From: Nageia nagi
Lineage: Eukaryota; Plantae; Pinophyta
Length of the DNA stretch: 64,000 nt
Reading direction: 5' to 3'
NCBI GenBank assembly: GCA_050084985.1
Contig: JBITNC010000001.1
Span: 146,692,001-146,756,000, forward strand
In this document: in pieces, positions 41,550-57,136 of the stretch
Layout of the letters: each line of letters begins with the position of its first letter
Numbering within the stretch: the first letter of the stretch is position 1
Made by a program: the position numbers and the translations under genes
The notes under the pieces: generated by a model
The model's input: only the letters and a program-made list of their open reading frames with translations
Database searches by the model: none
Told to the model about the DNA's origin: nothing

Positions 41550-43447
41550 TTTAATTCAAAGTATAAATTTTTCATTTTCAATGGCTATTGTGAGAAGATA
41601 AAAGCCTATAGGATTTACAATCATAAAACTAGGAAGCCTATTCTATCAAAAGATATCATTTTTATGAAGGGGAGGTTTATATAGTCTAAAAATATATATG
41701 TTGATGATGGAACCATTTTAGAGAATCATTCAAGTTCTTCTATTTGAATAATATGCAATAAAATATTAAACTAGGTGGGTAAAATTATGGGCAATCTACT
41801 TCTTCTAGATCTAATGCTAGTATAGGTCCAACACCAACAATGGGGGTAGCACCAACATCTTATTTTTCCACTAGTCCTCCTTCAAGAAGTATATAAAATA
41901 GTCCAAGAAAAATAAATCTAGCCCTTATTCCAATGATGATTCATCTAACATTTTTTCTGAAGTGATATGAACAATAAGGAGGTTAAAGCACTTCAAATCC
42001 ATCCACCCTATCAACTATTGGATAAACATTTTTAAACAAGGATGACTAGATTCCAAGCTAAAGAAGTGGATTAAGTTATTCAAATACTTGAGAATATGCA
42101 CATGTATGGAGATGAAGGTGATGGTGAACCTAAGGTGATATGATAAACTATGCTTTGCTTTCTACTACTATATTTTAGCCTTGTTTCTGTGAACATTCTT
42201 TTACTAATAATTTTTTGTTGCAATTTATGAAGGATGAAATCAATTCCATTGTTAGAAATGATACTTGGGAGTTGTGTGAGATTTTGAGAGGAAAGAAGGG
42301 TTTCTAATCCAAATGGGTCTACAATACTAAATATAATAGGGATTGTACTATTCAAATATTTAAATCAAGTTTGGTTGCTAATAAATCCACATAGAAATAC
42401 GAGATTGATCATTAAGATATATTTGCTCCTATAGCAAGATAAAAATTGTTAGAATGGTACTTTCCTTTGATATTCATCAATATTAACTATACATCATATA
42501 CATGTCAAAATTGCATTCCTACATGGGTACTTATATGAGGACATTTATGTGCAAATACCTTAAGGTTTTGAGGTAAAAGGGAAGGAGAATTTTATGTACA
42601 AGTTGAAGAAGGTAGTGTAAAGTATTAAGAAAGCTCCAAGAGCTTGGTAAACTAAAATTAGTGGCTACTTTCATGAGAGTGGCTTCAACAGGAGAAAATT
42701 TGAACCTACCTTATATATCAAGAAAGAAGATAGGGAATTCTAGTTGTGGGTTTCAATATGAATGACTTGTTTTATATGGGTAGCATCTCTATTTTGAATG
42801 AGAGATTCAAGGTTCATATAATGCAAGAGTTTGAAATAAAATATTTTGGGATAATAAACTATTTTATTGGTAAAGAAGTATATCAAAATAATAACATAAT
42901 ATTTATTTATTAAATAAAATATGAAATTGATTTACTATCAAATAAGTATGGGATGAAAGTTGTAAATTAATCCCTACACTTTTTGCACATATTGTACTAT
43001 TGTGTAAAGATGATGGGGATGAGAAAGTAACTCTAAAGGAATTTAGGAGCATTATTCGGATATTTATGTTTCCTACCAATATAAGATTAGATATTGCTTA
43101 TGTTATCTCAATGGTTTAAAGGTATATGAGTGATCCATCTTTATTGCATTTGAAGGTTGCAAATAATATTCTATAGTATGTGAAGAGTAATCTTGATTAT
43201 GGGATCCATTACTTTCAATCTAAGAGAATAGAGCTATTTGGTTTTACTTATTCAGATTGGGAAAAAAGTTTAGATGATTGAATATCTACTTATGGTAATT
43301 AGTTTTTATTAGGATTTTGATTAATCACATGGAACTTGAAGAAGTAGGGATCAATGGCACTCTCCTCACTTGAAGCAAAATATATAACACTCACTTTTGT
43401 AGGTTCTTAAGCATTATGGCTTCAAGAGATTTTGGAGGAGATAGGTA
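41550..43447 (+). mobile_element. copia-b second copy (RNase H end and LTR deleted)
   Basis: Collinear with ~13020-14900, then jumps ~1 kb into the downstream LTR-2 sequence. Confidence 0.85.
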
Positions 43448-43449
43448 AA

Positions 43450-43825
43450 ATTGTTAACATAGAGTTCATAAGACACTCATCTCATGCTCTATAAGTAGTA
43501 GTTATAATAATGTAGGAGAAATTTTAATTAAGTTTATTGGAAATTAGTCCATTTTCTCTTCCTATAGATTGCATAATTGTTAGAAAATTATTATAATATT
43601 AGTTTGTCTATCATTATGAAAATTATTATTATAAGAAACTTATATATATTTGAATGTGTTCAAAAATTATACTATATTATATATTATGTTCAAAAATTAT
43701 GGTTTGCTATCACTCTTTTATTTTTAAAAAGTAGGGCTTTATCTAATTATCTTGATCTATTTATGTAATATTAATTCTATAATATTATTATTTTTCTTTT
43801 TGCACCTTCAATTGGTATAAGAGCC
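43450..43825 (+). mobile_element. LTR-2 end plus PBS
   Basis: TGGTATAAGAGCC at 43813-43825, followed by the same leader as 16330-17255. Confidence 0.65.
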
Positions 43826-44780
43826 TATGGTTGGCTAAGTGAAGAAAAATCTAGGAACAAGAGTAACAAGGTAAGATAAATCCTAAATCTATTCTCCTTC
43901 AATTTCTATAATTTTTGTAATGAATTGTTTATTTTAATAAAAAGAATTTCTTTTGTTTTGTTAAAACAAATGTACAAGATTCCCTTTTCTTTTTTTGAGA
44001 TATCTCTATTTTATTTACAAAAGATCCCTATTTTTTAATATATGATTATTTATTTTTAATTCAATAATTTTATTATTTTAATTTGATGTGATATACATAC
44101 ACAAATTTTTTAAATATTATCTATTTTTTATTAAAAAGTATGTACATCATGTAAGAACATAGCCCTCGAGGCCTATGCCTTACACAACTTAGGTAACATA
44201 AGGGTATAACCTAGGTGGGGTATACACCATACCAATAAGGGAAATGACACCTGATCACTCAAATTACCCTAGGGAAAGTCATTTGAAGTCCACCTTAATG
44301 GTGAGATTTGGGATCTAGCCAGGGAAGTCAATATTCAAAGGATGAATAGAAATAAAATTGGTTTCAATGGATATTACTATCCTTCATCTGTAGCTCATTA
44401 AATCCTATGGGTACAATAGATATTTATAATAGTGGGGGGCTTAGAGGCCTAGAATGATGGATATATTGATAGAATAACATTGATTGTACATAATTTGATT
44501 TTTTTATGTTTGAATTATGAATCCCATCTTAGCTCAACCTTTTATCATGTTATCCTATAATTGGACTTGGTAAATGAGGCCTTATCTTAGCCTCATTGGA
44601 GAACTTAGAAAATATTCCTTAACATATGGATATATATTTTAAGGTGGTAAAAATGTAAGTGTATAAATAATCTTATACACCACTAAGTTATAAGAGATTT
44701 CCCTACTTTATGGTTGAATGGTTTATTTGTACAGTGATAAAAGTATCTGCTAGAGAAATGGGTTTCAAATCCTCAAATCT

Positions 44781-47700
44781 ATAGTTATTCATTATTTTTT
44801 ATTATTAATTATTGTATTATATGCCTATTGAGTTTTGTAGGTTGTAGCTTTAAGGTTTCTTTTATTTTCTCCATTACTGTATCATAGTTTGGGTTGTTAT
44901 TTCCTCTATTCGTAATCTCCTTATTTTAGTTAAGTTAGTTCATATATTCCTCTCTAATGTTGATGTTAAATTTATGAATAATATATTCATTTAGTTTATT
45001 CATATATTGAATATTGTATTGTTTGAGTTTTATTATAAACCTTCTTTTAGTATCAGAACTAGTTCTCTTATAAGGTTTGAATTTTTTGATCTTAATAGCA
45101 TTTTACTAAGTTAATTTTTTATATTATTGCTTATGCTATTATGGAAAGAAATTATACAAAATATCTTTCCATTCCAAAATTTATGAGAAAATTATTAGTA
45201 TTAGAGTATTAAATGAAAACTTTGTAGATGGAAAAACATTAATGGAATGTTATGGAGGATGGATATCTTGAACTGGTAGTTTAGAGATTTCAAATAGATG
45301 ATGCTAAATAAATAAAGAGTGAAGATAAAAAGAAGAACTATCTAACACTCTACCATCTTTATTTAGCTCTAGATAAGAGCACATTTCCAAGGATTACAAG
45401 CTATAAGTTAGCTACTAAAGCTTGGAAAGCATTACAAGAAGGTTACCAAGGTAGTAACTAAGTAAAAGAGATCACATTTGCAAATCTTGATAAGGGAGTT
45501 GAGAACTTGAGGATGAAATAGAATAAGGTATCTAAATATTACTTTATTAGAGTGATTATAGTTTTTAATAAGATGGCCACTCTTAGAAAGTAAAATTAAA
45601 AATCCTATAATAATCAAAAGGATTTTGAAAACACTCACTTCTAAGTGGGATAACATAAATATTATCACTAAGGAAAATAAAATTTGACCATGCTTAAATT
45701 AAATCATCTCACTAGCTCTCTCATGTCCCATGAGGAGACACTATAGGGGATTGCAAGTGAAATAAATAAAGAAAAATTATCTCTAGCATCAATATTGGGG
45801 CTAGTATTAATGCTGAGAAAATAACATAAAAATGGTCGAGTAAGAAGCCAAAAATCCTCCAAATAAAGATGTGGATAATGTTAAGGTGGTTTTGCTCATT
45901 GTTGAGGATGACAAAGAGGTAACAAGAAAAATATACAATGTTACCACTACAATAATTTGGTCATTTTGAGAGGGAGTGTAGACTCAAACAAGGCAATGAA
46001 GGGAGGTATAAAAGCTATGGAGAGGAAAAGGATCCTATTGAAAAAATGTTATTTCTATCTTGTAATCAAGATGAGAAGAACCTGTAAGAGACTTTCTTTC
46101 TTGATATAAGGTGTTCAAACTATATGACTAACAATAGGGAGATTTTCACTTCCTTAGACCACTCCTACAGTATAACATTAGGCTTGGTGATAAAAAATAC
46201 TTGACTTTTACAGAAAAGGATGTAATAGAACTGGCAAACTAATGAAATAAATAAGAAGGTAAATGATATTTATTATAGTTCAATTATGAAGCATAATTTA
46301 TTGAGTATAGGAAAAAATCTTAGAGAGGAACTATAAATTAGTTTTTGAGGATGGAAAGTATATCATTTATAGCAAGAATAATGGGAATAAGTTAGTCACT
46401 ATTATTCCCATGAAAAAGAATAGGTTGCTTCCCTTAAAGTATGGAGTTGAAAGGAAAAACTTGTAAATGTGGTTGCATATGGAATTATAGTTAAAAAATA
46501 AAATTGATTATTGCATAACAGATTTGGCCACTTGAACTATGGGTGCATGAAATTGTTAACATCTCATTAGATAATGTGTGGTTTTCTAAATTGAAGTACT
46601 CAAAAGTTATTTGCAAAGGGTGTTCTCTTGAGAAGCATGTTAGGAAGAGATTTACTAAAGGGGAAGCATATAAGGCCTAATACCTATTACAGGTAATTCA
46701 CTTAGATATTTGTAGGCCTATGCAAACTCAAAGTTTAGGTAGGAACTCTTACAAGTTTCTTACCTTCATTGATATTAACTCTCAAATATGTTGGGTCTTC
46801 CTCCATAAATATAAAGATGAAGTATTTCAACATTTCAAGATTTCAAAAATTTATAGAGAATTGATATATATAATTAAATATTTGATTACTAACCATGATA
46901 AAGAGTTTTTCTCCAATGACCTTTTATATCAAGAAAGAAGGTAATGAAATTCTAATTATGGGTTTCAATACAAATGACTTGATTTATATGGGTGGAATCT
47001 CTATTTTGAATGAGAGATTCAAGGCTCATATAATCTAAGAGTTTTGCAATGAACAATTTTGGTATAATACACTATTTTATTGCTAAATAGGTATATCAAA
47101 ATAATAGGTATAATCTTTATTTATTAAATAAAATATGCAACTGATTTGCTATCAATGACATATGGGATGGAAAGTTGTAAATTAATTCCTACACTTGTTG
47201 CTCATTTTGTACTATTGTGTAAATATGATGGGGATAAGAAACTAATTTTAAAGGAATTTAGGAGAATTATTTGAATCCTTATGTTTCTTACCAATATAGG
47301 ATCGAATATTGCTTATGTTCTCTAAATGGTTTCAAGCTATATGAGTGATCCATATTTATTGAATTTGAAGGTTGTAAAGAATATTCTAAGGTTTTGAAGA
47401 TTAATATTAATTATGGGATTGATTAATTTCATTTGAGATAATGGAGGTATTTGATTTTAGTGATCCAGATTGGGGAAAAAGTTTAGATGATCGAATATTT
47501 AATTCTGGTAAATAGTTTTTATTAGGAACTAAACTGATCACATGGAGCTAAAAGAAGCAAGGATCAATGGCACTTCCTCAATTTGAAGCAAAATATATAA
47601 TACTCACTTTCATAGGTTCTTAAGCATTATGGATTCAAGAGATTTTGGGGGAGATAAATCATAAGCAAGATAAACCTACTTTACTATTTTGTGAAAACTT

Positions 47701-48409
47701 CAGTACCATTCACTTGGCACAACATCTAGTCCATCATAGTAGATCAAGTATTTGAATTTAAATATCATTTTATTCATGATATGGTGGAGAATATACTAAT
47801 TAAACTAAGATATTTAGCACTTATAATCAACTAGTAGATGCATTTATAAAAGAAATGGCTAAATATGATTTTTTGAAGTGGAGAAACTCCCTTATGATTC
47901 TAGTTAGCATTAAGGAGTATTTATAAAAGGAGTCACTAAATATCATTTTTTAAAGTTAAAAAAATAACTTTTGAACCAATGCCAATGCTCCTATCTAACA
48001 CTTAGCATCTATGGTATAGTTCTTATTAGAATGCTTCTTGAGGTGTTACTTATAATTTTTTTTGTAATTGTAATTTATATGTAATGTGAGAATCCTACTT
48101 GTAACCAATTGATCATTAATCTTAGGGTTGAGGTATACTTAGGATAGTTATTCATTCTTTTGATTATTGATTATCATATAGGATGAGTATTGAGCTATTG
48201 TTTGCTCTAGCTTTAAGTTTTCTTTTATTTTCTCCACTGCTATATCACAATTTCGGTTGCATTGCCACTATTTGTAATCTCCTTATTTTAGTTAATATAG
48301 TTCATATATTCACCTCTATTATTTATCTATATTTTATGAAGGATAGTTCTATTTATTTTTCTTCATATCTTCAATATTGATGTTGTTTGAGTTTATATTA
48401 TAAACCTCA
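44781..48409 (+). mobile_element. copia-a, second copy (5' LTR truncated)
   Basis: Collinear with 28651-32267. ORF 46720-46944 is almost identical to ORF 30590-30823. PBS remnant TAGTATCAGAAC at ~45048. Confidence 0.9.
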
Positions 48410-51400
48410 ATATTTAGTATTCAGTATTTATATTAAAAATTACATATATAATATTGGTACTTTAGGATATATTATATAATAGTGTATAATAATAAAATAG
48501 ACATATTATGTTATTATGTGTTGAATAATATTTTATTTATTATTAAATAATAAATTAACTAGATTATTGCATCTTTTTTGAATTGAGTAAAACTGGGTGA
48601 GTTAGCTTTGAGATTCTTGTTGATGGTAATGTGATAGGCTTGCATATATTTGTGTGTAGCATACCTAAGGTGGATTTTGGCATATGTGTGGTGGAACATA
48701 GCATGAAAAGTGGCATGTTATTATAGTGGTGAAACTGTTAACTTATAGTTCATGAGACACTCATCTCATGCTCTCTATGTAGTACTTATAATAATGTAGG
48801 ATAAATTTCTAATTAAGTTATATTGGAAATTAATCCATTCTTATCTTCCTATAGATTGCATAAATGTTAAGAAAATTATTATAATATTGGTTTGGTATCA
48901 TTATGAAAATTATTATTATAATAAAGCTATATATATTATGAATGTGTTCAAAACTTATGGTTTGCTATCATTCTTTTAATTTTCAAAAAGTAGGGTTTTA
49001 TCTTATTATCTTGATTTGTTGATGTAATATTACTTCTATAATATTATTATTTTTATTACTTATTTACAATCATATAACTTATTAAATACCTCAAAAATAG
49101 GACTAATTTAATTAGGCAAAAGAATGTAAAATAATGCTCCTTGACTTAAATACAGAAGAGAGACCTCTTTTCTTCATGTAAATCTACACCCAAGCTTGAG
49201 AATAATAAAAATGAAATAATAAAATATAGATTGGTAGGTATTTTTCTAATGCTCTACTCATTTATTTATAACTAAAGGGGTTCAAATGTGTCCAAATGGA
49301 TGTCTCCTCACACCTTTAATAAGTTTTGGGGTAGGTTTGCTTTAATTTATTGATGATTGAAATGGTATTAATACTTTGAAATCTTTTTTATTAACTAACA
49401 AATTATTGCCTACTATTATCCACACCTAACACAAAAAACATAAAACTAAGTAGGGTTATTACTCCATTATTTTGCTACCCATTAAATATCTTGTAATACC
49501 ATAAGGGAGACCTTAGTCTCTATCTAATAGTGTTTTAACTATTAGCCCTATGTGGTAATAATATAACACTCATATTCAACTTTTACCCCATTAAATTTAT
49601 GTTTCTAACCTTATATAAATTTTTAGATTTAAATAAGGTATATTTATTTTTCCCTTCATTTAAAAATTTGAATTTAAAAAATACCAAACAAGGGAAAGCA
49701 CATTTTACTTACAATGGTCACCTCATCCTATAGGACAAGATTAATCCACATACATTATCAAACATAATTTCATCAAAAAATTGATAGTCATATAATTATT
49801 CTATATGTAACTACATGATTTATCATAGTCATAGGGTGTGTTATTTATTCAATGCTAATCATTTTCTCCTCTAACCCTTTCATTCCCATCACTAATTCAC
49901 CTTTAGTTTGTTGGGTCTTCAATTTCTCCTTTCATTTTGCAGTAACTTGTTACTTGCATCATAATATCTTGAAGCTAGCACTAACTCAATACTAATAATA
50001 CACATTTCCACTTAAAATTGATCATCACATAGCAATAATTTAAACATAGTTTCATTCACATCCTTGATGGTGCTCAAGGTCAACTAGTGTCATTGGGTGG
50101 GTCATTATATACTTTCCTCCTTAAGAGTAACATAATCCTCTATGTTTTCTTCTCCTATTAATTTCTTGAGATCACAATTCATGGTACTCCAAATTCATAC
50201 ACCTAATTTGAAATTTTCAAGGGATGTTAAGATGAACCAACTTGAGTCAGGGTTAATGGTCAGTTGACCCTCAAGTGGGTTAAGTTGATCAACTACTAGA
50301 ATTGATCAACCCCTTTATTTTTGGATTTCACCACCATAACCATCTACAAATTAGGTTCAATGTAATAATGTGATCTCAACATTTCTATCTACTAACCAGT
50401 CAATTGCAATATCCTATTTGATCATAGGTTTAGTGTTTTAGTTTCATCTTAGGGCTGATATCACCCAAGATAATGCTAATCCAAAATGAGGTCATACACA
50501 CATGACATATTTTCCACTAAACCATGGATATAGTGCATCACCCCTAGAATAACCATCATTCCTAATCATTAATCCATGATAAAGAAATGATTGTAACTTA
50601 TACCCTCATCTGGTATAGTACATATATCTCAATTACTACCTCTTTTCCTGAGGTAAGATAACTAACCTTACCATAAATATTGGTTAGTATCCCCAGTGGT
50701 TCAAGCTCCCATGCCCATAGCTTGGGAACCCAAATGTCTTTTAGAAGTAATAACTTCCATATCATAATGTTTATCATTATTTAAATAGATCCTCACTTGA
50801 TATTTTGAAACATATATGTTATTTCACCCTTATTCATGTGAGATTTACACCAAATTATTATTGATTAGGATCTAAAGCACATAATATTTGAATCAAACAC
50901 ATAGATTCATATCCTCTTATTTTTCATTCAAAACAAGTATAATTAATAATAGTATTTCAAAGAGTCATTTTTCAAAATAAAATGAACAATTAATTCAAAG
51001 AAAATAATCATTATTGCTTAAAAATAATAATAACATAGTCATCATCAAGAATATAACCCTAGTTGAAAATTACATTTATCTCAAGTTGAGATAAAAGTTG
51101 AACTTGCTTCTAAAATTCTTGTCAAAATTCAATGTATTTCAAAGATATATTGAACAAGTTAGAACTTTTTGTTTACAATGACCAACTAAACTTGCTTGAT
51201 CATCAACATAATCATTTCTTGATTAAAAGTATCTCTTTAAATCCAAATAGATTCTCTTCATTTTGCTTCAATGATCAATTATTCGCATAGAAATGCACTT
51301 TCAATGTCATGAAAAATTTCTTTGCTCACCTATCTTTATAAGGTTTGTATATAAATAAAGAATTCATTAACTATTTCACATTAAAGCTTTATAGCAAACC

Positions 51401-54400
51401 CAAAAGATAAGCAAATAATCATTAGCATTTTAAAATTTTTCCTACTTCTCACATTTTTGAAAATACATATGAAAGTAAACAATTATTTGTAGTACTCATT
51501 ATCAATAATCATTTATTTAAATCGATTAATAGTTTGAAGAAATAGAGACTTTCTCCCATTTTACTCTCCATTAGAGATACATTTTACCCTTATCATTGGG
51601 TGACTTCGATGTTACATGAATGCCATGTTGAAACAATAATTTTTCATACCTTTGTGCCTACATTTTCCACTTTCTATTTCTTAAAAGAGGCACTAAGGTG
51701 TGTAAATGCTTATTCTTGCACACTTTGAATTTGATGAATAAGATTTCATTCTTATTCAATGAGCTTAATCATTAACTTATTTCTTTCTAAATAAGCGGTA
51801 TTCTAAATTTTTTCACATTCTTTATGCTCCTATCAAAGATGCTTTATCTATTCTTTTATATTTTTCAACTATTACCATAGATATTCATTCTCTACAATAG
51901 CCCACATTATCATTCTTAATAATTTTTTTTCACTATAATTTCATAAGTAAAGTCATCTAAGAATTATTAACCCCTTTTTGTTGAGATGTCACATTGTACA
52001 TATAAAGGTAGTGTCATATCGTGCATTTATTTGGCATAATATCTTTCAATAATTCCCTTAGTATCTTTTTAGATATGCTTTAGAGAGTATGACTTCTCAC
52101 CATACACAATTCTTTAATGGATATTTAATGTGAATTCTCCCTTCATCCACTCATTTGAGTGTTTTTCTATATCATTTATCATTTATTAGTTATCTCATAT
52201 CTAGGTAGATGTTATTTTTATAGGTAGGATTTCTTGATTTTAGATGCATTGAAAAATGAATCATGGTGAATCATAGGAGATATCATCTTGCTGCATGCCT
52301 TGCTACTCTTCTAAATGGAATTAAAGAAAATATTATTCATTATGGGATTTATGATTTCTTATCATGATGTTCATTAGAGGCATTGGATTTTCTTCTTCTT
52401 CAAGATCTAGCCATTGTTCCCCTTCATCCATTAAACAAATTTGATTATCGTGTGATTACCCAACTTCAACTGATGAATATTTGCTTTCTTATATTCACTT
52501 ATTTTCCTATCCTAGTCTCACTTGGAGGGTAATTTTACTTGCACCTTATAATGCACTATTGATATGACTCTTGGCTTACATGGATCCATGTTCAATCTTA
52601 CTAGGAGAAAGCTTAGGATCTCTTGTTGTCTCATGGATGCTTTGGCAATAAAGTCTTCCTTGGGAAACTACATATTCATTTATAGTTTCTAAATACTAAG
52701 TAAATTGGGTTCTTTCTCATATATTTTTCTTATTTTTTCATTTTTGAGCCATTTCATGAAATGCAATATCCTATATTCCTAATCCCCCTGTATATAGCTT
52801 TTTGGATCAAGCTTTAGAATTCTTCAATTTTGAATTATCTATTAATAGATTATAGTATGTTGATTAGGAATCATTCGACTAAGATAACTAGCCATTGAGT
52901 TTGTTAATGGAAACTAATAATAAATTTTAAATCTTTGCAATCTATCCACTCTTATTTGATAGTAAAACTTTTTTTGTATTTCAAAAGAAGAGACTTCTTT
53001 TTCACAAAAGGGATAATGAACAATACATTTAGGAAGGATTTAGTATTATTTAGTACATAAAATGATTTCCTCCATTCCTTTCATCCTCATTTACTAGTGG
53101 GATCTTCCTTATTGATCATTTCTTTGGGCTTCTCATCAGACAATGACATTTTTTGACTCCTATATTGAAGGTAATTGATGACTTCTCATCAGACAATTGA
53201 TCATCATTTTATTATTCCCTTTCTTGAAGTGGCTACTTCTTGTAGCTTTTTCTTTCCTTTTTCCTTCTGTAAGTTTAAGAAACTTTCCAAGATAGTATCA
53301 TATTTTACTTTACATAAGGCCATTAGTGATTTCTTCCTTTACGTTCTATTGATTTTTTAGATTTCGTTTTACCTGCCATACTAATAAAATATATATTTGT
53401 TAGAGAAAACTTAGTTTTTATCAAAAGAAATATTTGTATTAGTGATGATGGTTAGCCTAAAAAAATATTATAATACCCCATTTTACATAATTGTAATCAA
53501 AATTGGAAACAAGTTATTTTTCCAAAAGGTGTAGTGGGTTTTGTGTGTAGCTAATTCTTTATCAAAGAGATTAACTATGCATTTGAGAAGGCTGTAGTTT
53601 TTATGTTACTACTTGGTTGTTTATGCACTTTGTAACATTGGAATATCTATCATTTCTCTTTCCAATGGTATATAACTTGTCTAATTGGAGTTGTTTACTT
53701 CTTATTGTAGGAATCTCAAAACCTTTTTAGTCTTTTCAAACTATAAAAAAGAGGCAAGTTGACATATTGAATTGATTATAACTTTTGTGTATATATTTAC
53801 TTTTGGAAGTATTGTATAATTTGAAAGTATGTTTTAGATACAATTCAAATGTAAAGATATTTAAATTAGAGTTTGAATATTTTCTTATATTAATCTACAA
53901 AACTAGACTATACGAAGATTATAAAAGAGAGCATTAAACCTTTTTATTAGTTGAAATAGTAACTTGCTTTTATTATTGTATTAAAGGATAATATGGGTAC
54001 ATATATGCATTTATATGTCCGAATAAAGTAGTTAGCATTATTAACTAATATGAAAATAACATAGGCAAACAAGATGCAATTATGTTGTTGAGATATTAAC
54101 TTGGATTGCTATTGAAGGCTTGCATTATTATTGAGAAAGTTGTATTATTGGTTGAAATACATTTATAATATCATACATATTGGCTTAAATAAGTGCTTAT
54201 TATTTATTTATAGTATACATTGTAAAAATTTAAAAGTTAATGTCTTGATAAAGACTTACATACTATTGATGTTTGTTCATTTGTGATACTATCATGATAT
54301 CTATGGTAGATATATGTTATGGCATACTTCCATATTTGATGGTATCTAAATATTTATGGATATGTAATGCATAGTATATTTGTTTAAGTTCTTGCATATT

Positions 54401-55421
54401 ATAGTGATGTACTTTGTGTACTGATATGAGTTTAGCATTTTTACATCATTGTCTACTTACATGTAATTTATTTGTAGCAAATTGTATTAGTGATGCTTGT
54501 ATCATAAAGATGGATTTTGGTATTGAGTAGGATATTGATATGCTCTTGAATTGAGGGTTCTTTGAGTAAAATATCTCAAGATGGTATAACCTAGGATTAA
54601 TGCAATGATTGAGTGGCACAAGTTGTTTAATGTTGGTTATTATTTTGATTTCTTAAGATAATAAAGCAAATTGAGATGCCTTTAATGGTAACATAGTCAA
54701 GCTCATGGTATTAACTTGATGCTTACACTTTGACTAGTTATAGGGTCTATATATGAATGATGATCTTTTGGTGCATGGTGGATCATTTTGTGTTGGATCC
54801 TTAGTACTTGATGTTGCACTTGTAATGGATTGATGATACCTTGTATTGGTTATATCTCATTGGTTTTGTTTATGTGATTGGGTAACTGTATATGGCATTT
54901 TATGCATTGTTGAAAATTGCCTTGAAATCTCTATGATGTATGAGATCACATATTGTACATAATCAACTATTTGGTTGGATGGTACATGGATAAGATCATG
55001 AAGATCTTGATTTAGCTATAACTTAAGATTGAGGAAGTAAGTACATGGTTGAAGATAAGATTTGTAATATTTGTTATGGGTAATAATAAAATATTATTAG
55101 GTAGCATAGCTACCAAGGGTTTACCTAGAGTGAAAATGTCTAGGCTTTTTCCGAGCTTAGCTCAAACTTTTGGTTATGGGAATGCCTTGATTATTGGATT
55201 ATTTTGCTTCAATTGTTTTTAAAATTTGTATGATTATCATGATTAATGGATATGTATGAGTAAAATAAATGATTGTTTGGTTTCAATCAATATGAATGAA
55301 TGGTAAATTTATGCTTTATGAGAAATAAATCAAATGCAAATGAACCTTATCACCTAATGTTTGACTAAACTTTAGTGGTCCAATGAAACATTTTATGGTT
55401 GGGATTTTTAGTTTCTTACAT

Positions 55422-56598
55422 TGGTATTAGAGCTCAATTTAAAATGCTTGACCTATTGGGCTAACTAGCTTTTGTAAGTATGTGACAAGTTTAGGTATTC
55501 TTGATGATGCATATAGGTATGAACATCATGAAGAGAAGATTGATTGTAAAACTATTTATTTTCATTTCTTGCTTTGACAAATTTTACATGTGGAGTGATC
55601 TTTACAATTACTTTTCTCAATATTATTTAGCCATATTTTGACTAGATGCTAACTTTATGGTTATCCTTTCCTATATAGGATGAATGGATTATTGTGAAAT
55701 AATGTAATACATACTTATATGTTGATAGCCATGTTTGATGTTGAGAATACAGATACTTTGGATCTGAATTTTTTAAAGAAATAAGGCTATGCCAAAGCTA
55801 TTGCTATAAATTTTAGGAATATAAGGATGGTATATTCTTGATATGTTGAATTGTTATTACTTGAAATTAATGGGAAAAGTTGAGAGCTTGAATAACACTA
55901 AGATATTGAATTTAAGAATCTAACTTTGAGTAATTCTAAAATGTTGAATAATTGAGATGAACTAACATTTGAGATCAACATTTCTATTAAAATAGCTTTG
56001 TATCCTATGATTGCTTTAGCAAAAGAGGTTACAATGAATGTTCATAATTTTTATAAAAGATTAGATGTAAACCATGACTTATGGTAATCATTTATCAGAG
56101 GAAACAATTAGATGTTATCAGCATATAGTTGTAACAACATTTCAAGAAACCTCATGGATAATAGATGAAGTCTATTCTTTATAAGTAGTTAATTTTCTTG
56201 TGAATGTTTAAATAAAATTAGTGTATTTACACTTATAAGTTAGATTTAGGTATCTAAATTTGAACTAGTATTTTTGTTGATGCTTGTACATTCATAAAAG
56301 CATTTTCCTATTATATTTTTGGATTATTTTCAAAATTGGATATATAAAAATGATCATGGCTACCTATATGGTGTATGATATGATAATGTTGGTTTCCATA
56401 TGATAAGAAAGCACTAGATGTTATCAAAACAAAGATTAAGTATAAAGGATCTCATTGGAGTACACATAAAATGGGATATTCTTCATGAGAGGAATAGTGA
56501 TACATGCTAGGTTTATAATTAGAGTAATAAATGCTGATTTCAAAGCATTTTCATCTAGGATTGATGATTGAGAATCAAAAGGATCGAATGTAGGATAA
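55422..56598 (+). mobile_element. copia-c PBS plus truncated internal region
   Basis: TGGTATTAGAGC at 55422-55433. Abuts the ABCG intron at ~56600. Confidence 0.6.
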
Positions 56599-56654
56599 GT
56601 TATGTTAATTTTCTATTTCGTATCAAGGTTTTTGAAGTTTTTTTTTATTGATAG

Positions 56655-57136
56655 TTTGAGGATATCGAAGAGCTAGGAATGGTGCCCATGGAGAAAATAA
56701 TACATAATGCTATTACAGGAATAGTGTACCCTGGTGAGGTTCTTACTTTGTTAGGACTATAGGGCATTGGGAAGACAATGCTACTTTTCATGTTGGAAGG
56801 GCAGTTACAAGGTTTCGGATTCGATACTCTATATCAAACAAGATGAAGCGCAAGGTCAACTTCATGATGAAAGATGATATTATCTACCGTCATCTAACTT
56901 GTAGGATACCTTAGTCTACGTTGTACTACTTAACATGCCTTAGGCAATGTCAACACAGGACAAGTGAGCCCATTTGGAGAGTATTATTTTTAAGATCTGA
57001 TTGAAGAGATGTAGAAATATGATCATGTACGGATGAGCATTGGGCATGAGATGATGAGGAATCCAACATCAAATTGGATGAGTCCACCTTAGGCCTTGAC
57101 TCCTAAACTACAATGTGCATAACAGTTACATTGGAG
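56655..57136 (+). pseudogene. ABCG pseudogene NBD fragment, copy D (inverted)
   Basis: After a TAG acceptor at 56652-56654: FEDIEELGMVPMEKIIHNAITGIVYPGEVLTLLGL*GIGKTMLL, KMKRKVNFMMKDDIIYRHLT and RMSIGHEMMRNPTS. This is the reverse complement of copy A. Confidence 0.88.

Noticed and set aside
56740-56790. NB-ARC resistance gene suggested by the G.GIGKT P-loop
   Set aside because: Downstream motifs (DD..YPHLT, ISGGE, SIG.E...NP, D..T.GL) are ABC transporter motifs, not NB-ARC.
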